Part shown: piece after piece, positions 56,001-64,000 of the stretch
Layout of the letters: each line of letters starts with the position of its first letter
Numbering within the stretch: the first letter of the stretch is position 1
DNA from: Tubulanus polymorphus
Lineage: Eukaryota > Animalia > Nemertea
Direction of reading: 5' to 3'
Length of the DNA stretch: 64,000 bases
Assembly: GCF_964204645.1 (NCBI RefSeq)
Contig: NC_134026.1
Location: 25,578,150 to 25,642,149 of the forward strand
Position numbers and translations under genes: made by a program
The notes under the pieces: model-generated
The model's database searches: none
Told to the model about the DNA's origin: nothing
What the model saw: the letters and a program-made list of their open reading frames with translations, nothing else

Positions 56001-59000
56001 AAGTTTTATTTGCCTATAGAATATCAGCAAAGGAAATATAGTCATTCAATATAATCAGCGGTAAGTTTATCTATCATGTTTATTTTTAGAGATGTTTTAA
56101 GTTTTAAGATGGTCGATGACTGGAATATACTCCGATTGCGTATCTTTTAAGATATTGGATAGTCTTAAATAGAAATGGTCAATGGTCGAGGTGTTTTTTT
56201 TTTAATTTTCTTCATTGCATTTATTTTTGGTCACCTTCATTGGATTGATAAGTTTTTTCTATGTTACTTAATTTTGTAAATAATCTATAATCTATTCTTT
56301 ATTAAGTATCATAAAGCTTTAGCATAGAGTTAACATTTTTGTTTTATCAATAGGATTCCACCATAACAGATGACAGGTACATAGGGAGTTCTATCAGGTG
56401 TGCCCGTGTGCCATGCAACTTTTAATGAGTTTGGCCCATAGCTGTGTCTATTCTTTGTGCATGTGACCAGTGTGCTGTACACGCGCCACTCACACAAAAG
56501 CCGCCATTCATACCATCCTATTATGTAGTTTATACACAGTATGAGTGTATGTACGTGTCTCTGAGATAATTCTCCAAGATTTCCATTGTCTCATAGGCTG
56601 TTATTAGAATGAAAATTGAGGTTGGAACAATCAATCGCGTCCACTTTCCGTCCTGTTTAATTATCGGATGAAATTCAGTGATAGTGGTTAACTGCAGATG
56701 CCCTAGATTGAATTATAGCTATATAGCAATGGGAATGAAAGAAAATCTATTCGAAACTAGAATTTGCCATTTAAATGTCGCAAAGGTCTTAATTGTGAAA
56801 AGATACAATTTATAAGCGTTTGATTAATATATCAAGGCTTGATGATACTGTAGTCTAGTGAATTGTTTTAATAGAATCAGTATATTTAGGTGAAACAGCC
56901 ATTTTTCTAACAGAACCTCACCGCAAGCTTTAACTTTACGGTGTTGATGTTATAATATGAATTTTGTGATGATCTTTCAATTGCCATGAGCGAGTGTATG
57001 TTTCTTATTTATCTTGCCCGAGGTCTATTTCGACTTATATCGTGGAGAGCTGATGAAAAGTGTATGTTTTTAAATGAATTTTGCTGGTAGACTGAGTTTC
57101 GGCGGTAATTACTGGAGTTGAATTGATACAGCTGCACTTGAGCAATCAAAATGCTTTCTCTGAAAAATCTGTAGATATTCTCATTTTTGTTTATCTTAAT
57201 ACTCTTGCCCGCAGCTGATCGGGATAATTCTATTTTAAAACAAACATCACTGCATGTAACTTAGACTACAAAATATTAATATTTTCTAATCAATTCCGAA
57301 GATCAAGAAGGCTACATTTCTTTGGATATTTCTCAAAGAAGCTTTAGTTCTTTTTCTCAACAATTCGTCCTTTGTGATAACGCCTTTTCGGGTTTATTGC
57401 CTCATGTTTGTGATCTGCCAATTAAATAGACCTTGAAATTTCCTAGAATGAGCAAGTTTACATAGGAATAAACTATTGTAGTAGTCAGAAAAGTTTCCAC
57501 TCTCCCTGGAGTCCTTTGTGTGCTACTGATGCTAGCAGTAAAAACCATAAACTGCATGTAAATTAACTCAGTTCATTTCCTTAAATTTCTGTAAATCTGT
57601 CAAACTTGATTCCAACATTAAACAGGTCTTTATGTACTTCATCACTTTTCTGATCAGCGGTGTTTGCAAAGCCATTAAAATGCACCCTCGCTGAGGATGA
57701 AACTGTGGTGAATTAGCCACCATTATGTTCGTTCAGTGTTTGAGAATTGAAATTGGTATTCAAGCCGAGTAGACAGTCATTTCAAACGGCCTTACCACTG
57801 TCTTAAAACGCTTTTTTTCCACAGAGATTTTTGTGCCGAGTATGATGCATCTTTTGTCGCGTTCTTTAGCGTAATCCACCAGAGTGAGGCAGTATGCGCA
57901 AGCTACCTGGACACTACTCCGGTTAACGAGCGCCCGCTGAAATCAAATCGAATTAAACTTCGATCGCCTCGTGCTTTTTCCGGTGAAAATTTTCATGTCA
58001 AACAAATGGAGAATCTCATCGTTTTTGATTAAAACGTCTTATGCTAAACGTTCAAATTTAACAAAGAGCAGTGATTGTGCAGCCTGACAACTCGTGATGA
58101 AGACCGCAAAGCTGTTAGATTAATTTCAACAGTGTCTTTGGCTTACAAGACGCATTCGGTTTCGTCAGTCTTCTCAGGATGGCGAATGATAAACTACAAT
58201 TTGTCATGTCATTGCTAAGATACTGCGGTGCCGTTTGCGATATTGGCATTTGATTAAAATCGCACAAACATGGTCTTGTGTATTGTAAATTATATTTACT
58301 TCTAAAGATAGTGCTGATGGCGTTGTTAATTAGATTATTGGTCGGTCCTAATGTCTTATAAGATTAAAGTGCATTGGAAAGATAATAACATTGACGCGTT
58401 GTTGGCTTGATTCAATATGAAATAATTTCGATTTTCGTATACATCCTCCGAATAGAGTTACCAGCAATAATTGAATGAAAATTCATCCGCAGTTTGAAAT
58501 AAACATCTCGGGGCGTCTTCGGTTTAGTGCGTAATTTCGTGTTATCGGTGGTCACTTGTGCTTGAACGAATTCTATACTTTCATGAGTTATAATTTCTAT
58601 TGTCTTGTTAAGCAGGTCCTACCAGACTACGTGTAATTTGCATCACAAAAGATAACCCCGGCACTGTCCATTAGAGTATAGAAAACCCGATGAGCAGGTA
58701 TCATGCAGGTATCATGTCTGTCACATTTTAAAAAAAGTTTTTTAAATGACCTGCACTCCTGAGCAGAGGTGAATAATTGACTGGTGACAGGACAAAGCGG
58801 CACAATGCAAGTTTTATAAGATAAATTGACCTAATAAAAATTCAATGTGCACGTAGCGAGTGACCATGAGTGGGTGAGTTTTTTCCATGCAAAACATAAA
58901 GCGCTCATTGTCCAGTTCGGCTATTAGAGTGCAGCAGATCGGACAACAAACAGTCATGACCTGAGAACGACATTTAATTCGTATAATTCAAAAATTTAAT

Positions 59001-61898
59001 GAAAGATGGGATGGTCGCCAGTCTGGAACGAAACAGTAATGCGCGCGACAAGGTTATTTTTCTACCTGAGCAGAAAGTTTGGTTTCGTATCTCGATCATC
59101 TCCGACTCTGCTGTTATGGTTATGTGAGTAGTTTCCTTTTCGATCATTTTACCTCAAACTACAAGGTGAAATTCTCTGATGAGGTTTTTTTTTTCAACGT
59201 GTTATGTTTCTCTAAAACGGTGAAACCCGAGCAGTTATTCGCGCCTCGGATTTGACAACGGTTATTCAAGTAGCGAAGTTTGCACTGCCAAGATTTTGTT
59301 AAAGAGCCTTTTGGATAGTTATTTTACATCGACGACCTGTCAGTCGGCACTTAAAATGACCATGCACGAAACTTATGAGTGCTTTCTCAGTTGCTGCTGC
59401 GACGATGTTAAGAACGTAAAAAATCCTGCTCGAAATTTCTAAATTACAAATATGCGTGCTTGCATTACGTACGTGTCCCGACTGTCAAAAGGACTTAACT
59501 CGACGACATTTCAGCCAATGGGCACTAATCGATCTTTCTTGGCATTTTTCTACGCTCCCGTCCTGTGTTTAAATCCATATTTCGCAATTGTAAATCAAGC
59601 CCTACGGCCAGTAATGTCGTCCTCTTATGTAAATTTCTGGACCTGCCATCTCAAGTGGACAGAGAGCCAATTTTATCAGCGCCATTGCAATTCATATTGC
59701 ATTTATCAATCGCCTTTGTGTCAACTCTCAAGAAGTGGACATGGCAGATTTTGCAATTCCCAGCATCAAAATTTACTCGGGAGTCATTTCAAGTTATTTG
59801 ACATATTGATGACAAATATTCATAATGACAACGTAGCCCGACTGAGACTTAAGGTACTAATAACTGAAGTGTATACAGAGGGTTCATCGGTCGCATTGAT
59901 TGGTCAGCATTAAACTGTATTAATGAATCATTGGCGAGTCATTGGCCGATGGACTGCGTTAATGACTTGAACTTTAGGAGTGGACAGTCATTGATTGGGG
60001 TGGCTATCGATTAAATGAATTACAGTAACGAAAGCGTGATTTCTTTTCTTTATGAACAATGATAGCAGTCAATGACCGGAGGTTGGTTGGTCAGTCAGTT
60101 TGATCTCATTCTGAGAGCATTGATGTTAAGAGAGCTTTCATTAGAAATACATCAGTTGGGAATTTTCACCGCAATAGACCATACAGATTACTTATTTCGT
60201 TATGGATTTAAAATCATAATTTGGATTATAAATCGTAGCCTACATAAAGAAGGTGAAGTAATTGTGTTTTTTAACATGCTTTATTCAAAAATGTCTTTCA
60301 AGCTCATATTCTGAGAAAATGGTCAATTATATCTTGAAGCATCGAATACATTTGTTTTCGTTGGTATGAATCCTCGAGTGACGACAAAGCGCTCCGTTGT
60401 TAATTAGTTGAATCGCAGAAGAGTCGCTTCAGTTTCGAGAGCTCGATTTAAATAGACTGGATGAGATTCAATTTCAGTTAAACCGTCGCGACAATAAATC
60501 AGATTTAAACTGCTTCGCAATTCAAGTGATCTTTACTCAGGCCTGTCAGATGATTAAGCAATGGGACAGGAATATATTTAGAGAGAGAAGTTGATTATCG
60601 GTATGTGACGTGATGAAAATATTGCCTTTGAAATGAAGATAGTTTTAGCGAATTGTTGATTTATGGCGATCAGCGTTTTATATCAAAGCTATCATAAAAA
60701 TGGTTTGGAAATTTTTTATAGCTCATACGAACGTGAAATGATCATACTTAACCTAACACTATGGTAAATGAATGTAACGTATCATATGTTCACTTTCATT
60801 TTGACGGTTTCTTTATCACGTTGTCACGTGAAACCAGTGCGCTTTGAATTAAGTGTATATGAATCGTTCTTCGCAAATATGATTTAGAAACATGAGTGAA
60901 ATCCCGGTGGACGAGAGTCTTTTGAATTTTTTCCTCAAAACGTACCGAAGCATTTCCCATCCTCCGACGAGGTATATAAAGTGAAATCAATGAAATTTGG
61001 TTTTCAATCACGTGCATTCAGACCAAAAACAGTTCGTTTGTTGCCGTTCTCCAGAGAATTGTCGACTCGCGTTGATTTACGTATAGGGTTTGATCGAAGA
61101 CCGCAGTAAACACATTTTCAAAGATTCACAGTTCTGTTGAAAGATTTCAGTCAATGATAGATCATTTGAATGATAGTGGCGAGAGGCAAGATGGGACTTT
61201 TTATAAAGAATGTGAGGCATGATCTAGGATTTCAATGAAATAGTAGACATCTAAAATACAAAATGAGAATGCCTGACTAAGCCATAAAACTTCCATTCAA
61301 GCCATTGCACGAGAATGGCCATTAAAGCCTTGATGAATGGTGATTCCTCAATTATCTATTATTTGCTTGTTCGGGTCAGTTCATTTTTTTCTTGACTGTC
61401 TGTACATAAATGAGGAATATGTGGCTTGAATGGTTTAAATTTGTCTGAAAGACGCATAAAAAGTGACATAGCAAGTAAAGGCTTATCGAGGCATCAATTT
61501 TATGGAACTCTTTAATTGGACATTTCATTTAGTAGCAATGATTAATAATGTTAGATGCACTCAAACTACTACTACTACATTGTTTATTTCATTCATTTTA
61601 TTTCTGAACCTGTTTCTGAACTGTTTCACTATATTTGAATGTGTACAGTGTGCTAAAATTGCTGCAAAACAAGTACTGCTCTTTCAAATTGGATTAATAC
61701 CACTTCTTTGGTGCTTGAAAATCATTTTGTGCACCTGGTATCCAGATGCTTTAATATCATAAGTTTCCTTTAATTCCATTATAATGAAGCTCTTCAAAAT
61801 GTCGCGTTAACAATTCATCAGTAAATCCATTGTGTATTTTCTTATCATTGGGAAAAATGAATACATTTTTAATGTATGTTTTCTATTGTATATTTCAG

Positions 61899-62032
61899 AT
61901 TCTGAAAACCTTATCGCCATCGAAGCTGGAATATGTAAGAGTCTACCGTCAACCGCATTACCTCAAACCTTAATCAACTGTGTTATACTATTGTGATCGT
62001 TGGAACTTATTAATTAAAACTGTGTGTAAATA
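61899..62032 (+). other. 5'-UTR part of the large coding exon (splice acceptor AG at 61897-61898)
   Basis: T-rich tract and consensus acceptor 'tgttttctattgtatatttcag|attctg' 134 nt upstream of the start codon. The in-frame stop before the ATG shows this part is untranslated. Confidence 0.7.
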
Positions 62033-64000
62033 ATGCAAAGTTGTGTGACTGAACAATACACTGATTGTGCAATGCTTGATGAAACAGGTGCGTCACGTCA
62101 ATCGCAGAAAAAGACAGATCTACAAAACCAAGAAATGATGGAAACCAATCTCATTGAAGAGAAGATGCAGCTAGGTCAAAGTGGCATTTATATGGGACTC
62201 GAGGATTCGATGCCATCTTCTAGTCATTCACAAAATTATCTGGACTACAGCCACCACCACGACTCATCAGATAAATTTGACAATGACTCAATCGATGATG
62301 CCCAAACTGACCAAATGATGATTGAAAAGAACAACAAATCAAGTCGTCGTAAACAATCGAAACCAATTCGGGTGCAGCATAACAATGCTCCCGATATGGG
62401 TGAACATCATCCCGTTAATGAAACTGAAGTGGAACGACCAAAGAGTAATCCAGGATTTGAAAATGATTCTTCATCGTCATTTATGGATACAGATCATAGC
62501 ATCGCTTGCATAATCTGTTCCGAAACGTTTCCATCGCAGGAACTCATGAAAGATCATTTCATGGCAGTTCACGCGACTGCCATGGCGGGTGGCACTGATT
62601 TTAGGATGCATTTCCCAACCGAATATCATCGCCTCGGGCATGACATGCATCCTGAAAGCGATATGAAAGACCCATATGAGAATGAAAGACGAAATGAAAG
62701 TGGTGGAAGCGGTGGTAGTGGAGATCAACAGGATAGTGGTGTCGAATCTGGCACACCATCGATGAATACTCAGTTGAAAGATAGCGGAGAACTGAATCCT
62801 GGTGAGATAAACCGTTCGCAGAATGGCACGCGTATATTTCACCCTGATGCTTATTGCGAGCTGTGCGACCGTGAATTTTGCAACAAATACTTTCTCAAGA
62901 CCCACAAGGCCAACAAGCATGGAATCTATGATAGTCCTTTGCCAATGGTTAGTCAACCAGGACCACTGCCAGCACCTATGTTTCCGATGTTCTTTTCTCA
63001 GCCTGGACCTCTTCACGCACCTCCTGAGCCAATCCCAACCAGCATGAGCTCAATGGTACCTCAACCTTCAGCTGAAAAACAGTCTCCACCTCTGCACATG
63101 GAACCACAGAAACAAATGCCCATTTCTGCTCCAGCTCCTGAATCGAATTCTTCTTCGCAGCAGAAAGATCTTGAAGATTATTGTGAAATTTGTCAAAAGC
63201 ATTTCTGTAACAAGTACTACCTCCGTAAACATAAAGCCGATGTTCACGGTATCCAGTCAGAGCCTCATTCCAAACGTCAGAGATCCTCCATTACCAGTGA
63301 CAGTTTGAAGCATTTAAACAACATGGCCACATCCCCTGTGTTGTTGCCTCAGAATATTCCAAATTCCATGACAAATGTTATGCTTATCAATCCATTTGCT
63401 CCACTAATGGCACTTCCACAAATGCCAAATGCCTCACTTCTGTCGGCACATCTACCTCAACTACCTCAGACTTCCACCCCGATCAAGTCACCTCCGCATC
63501 CACAAGCTATGATGGGCAATCAGAATGAACAACGCGATAACAACTCTTCTGCCTCACCTGGTGCCATGTCTCAGGATGAGCTCCGTCGCATGGGTGTCCT
63601 GAACACTGATGCATTTTGTGAACTTTGTCGCAAAGAATTTTGTAACAAATATTTCTTAAAGATCCATAAAGCAAATAAGCACGGTATCTATTCCTACGAT
63701 GACCATTTCTTGATGAATGGCATGAGACGGTCACCAACAGGACCTCCGCCTGTGAACATGTCTACCTCATCATCGCCAGTTGATCACTCGATGAACAATG
63801 CTCTCGATTTGAAAATGAACAACAATCACGAAAAGAAAGAATCTTCGATTTCGAATGAGCAAGAAACGCCGACGAAAGAAGAGCCAACAGACCAAGATCG
63901 AGAGAAGGAACGGGATTCTGATGCTAACAATCATAACCAAGGTTCACCAGCGGCTTTGTGTGATATCTGCAATAAAGATTTTGAAACAGTGCAAATGTTG
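62033..64000 (+). CDS. Multi-C2H2 zinc-finger nuclear protein, N-terminal 656 aa, truncated by the window end
   Basis: Hand translation gives no stop from ATG 62033 (in-frame TAA at 62027-62029 just upstream; second in-frame ATG at 62072) to 64000: MQSCVTEQYTDCAMLDETG... Fingers of form C-x2-C-x12-H-x4-H: CIICSETFPSQELMKDHFMAVH (62507-62572), CELCDREFCNKYFLKTHKANKH (62855-62920), CEICQKHFCNKYYLRKHKADVH (63182-63247), CELCRKEFCNKYFLKIHKANKH (63617-63682), plus partial CDICNKDF (63959-end). Linkers are Pro/Ser/Met/Gln-rich. No ortholog can be named with confidence. Confidence 0.95.
   Translation, partial: MQSCVTEQYTDCAMLDETGASRQSQKKTDLQNQEMMETNLIEEKMQLGQSGIYMGLEDSMPSSSHSQNYLDYSHHHDSSDKFDNDSIDDAQTDQMMIEKNNKSSRRKQSKPIRVQHNNAPDMGEHHPVNETEVERPKSNPGFENDSSSSFMDTDHSIACIICSETFPSQELMKDHFMAVHATAMAGGTDFRMHFPTEYHRLGHDMHPESDMKDPYENERRNESGGSGGSGDQQDSGVESGTPSMNTQLKDSGELNPGEINRSQNGTRIFHPDAYCELCDREFCNKYFLKTHKANKHGIYDSPLPMVSQPGPLPAPMFPMFFSQPGPLHAPPEPIPTSMSSMVPQPSAEKQSPPLHMEPQKQMPISAPAPESNSSSQQKDLEDYCEICQKHFCNKYYLRKHKADVHGIQSEPHSKRQRSSITSDSLKHLNNMATSPVLLPQNIPNSMTNVMLINPFAPLMALPQMPNASLLSAHLPQLPQTSTPIKSPPHPQAMMGNQNEQRDNNSSASPGAMSQDELRRMGVLNTDAFCELCRKEFCNKYFLKIHKANKHGIYSYDDHFLMNGMRRSPTGPPPVNMSTSSSPVDHSMNNALDLKMNNNHEKKESSISNEQETPTKEEPTDQDREKERDSDANNHNQGSPAALCDICNKDFETVQML

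Noticed and set aside
52200-56070. Other + strand splice-like pairs (about 52221-52330 and 55932-56060)
   Set aside because: The acceptors lack a convincing pyrimidine tract and cannot be told apart from background without RNA data.
8064-58645. Several octamer (ATGCAAAT) and DRE (TATCGATA) motifs
   Set aside because: The numbers seen are about what chance gives in 64 kb of AT-rich DNA, with no clustering.
12263-61195. Partial matches to conserved miRNAs (miR-124-like ~12265, miR-1-like ~15511, miR-184-like ~47762, miR-31-like ~61184)
   Set aside because: Only 10-12 nt match, the rest of each mature sequence diverges, and there is no precursor hairpin.
22-61762. The many 60-160 aa ORFs in the supplied track
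   Set aside because: No recognisable domains, composition typical of random AT-rich DNA, many start at non-ATG codons, and there is no consistent exon chain.
62322-63737. Track ORFs 62322-62513, 62477-63016 (-), 62823-63047 and 63507-63737 (-)
   Set aside because: Alternative-frame or antisense shadows of the real zinc-finger CDS.
1-64000. CRISPR array, operon or other prokaryotic/phage system
   Set aside because: No regularly spaced repeats and very low coding density; spliceosomal signals and a C2H2 gene indicate animal nuclear DNA.

Overview
AT-rich animal (invertebrate-looking) nuclear DNA that is almost entirely non-coding. None of the listed short ORFs looks like a real protein. The one clear coding region is missing from the ORF track because it runs off the window end: an uninterrupted + strand ORF from ATG 62033 to >64000 (656 codons). 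It encodes a multi-C2H2 zinc-finger protein with three dispersed 'FCNKY(F/Y)L' fingers, an SRRKQSKP (NuRD-type) motif and a DSGVES degron-like motif. The best model is a head-to-head locus centred at about 30.1-31.3 kb. A promoter/first exon with an inverted pair of YY1-type sites (donor at 31292) would splice through a 45-nt exon (41990-42034) to the coding exon (acceptor 61898) across about 30 kb of 5'-UTR intron, while an unidentified minus-strand transcript runs leftwards. The introns contain a 238-bp foldback insertion with a 17-bp target-site duplication whose arms carry a minimal Penelope-type hammerhead motif, an inverted pair of tRNA/SINE-like fragments, a small MITE, microsatellites, and alternating CpG-rich and CpG-poor blocks. 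All exon linkages are inferred from motifs only. There is no evidence of a prokaryote-style novel system.
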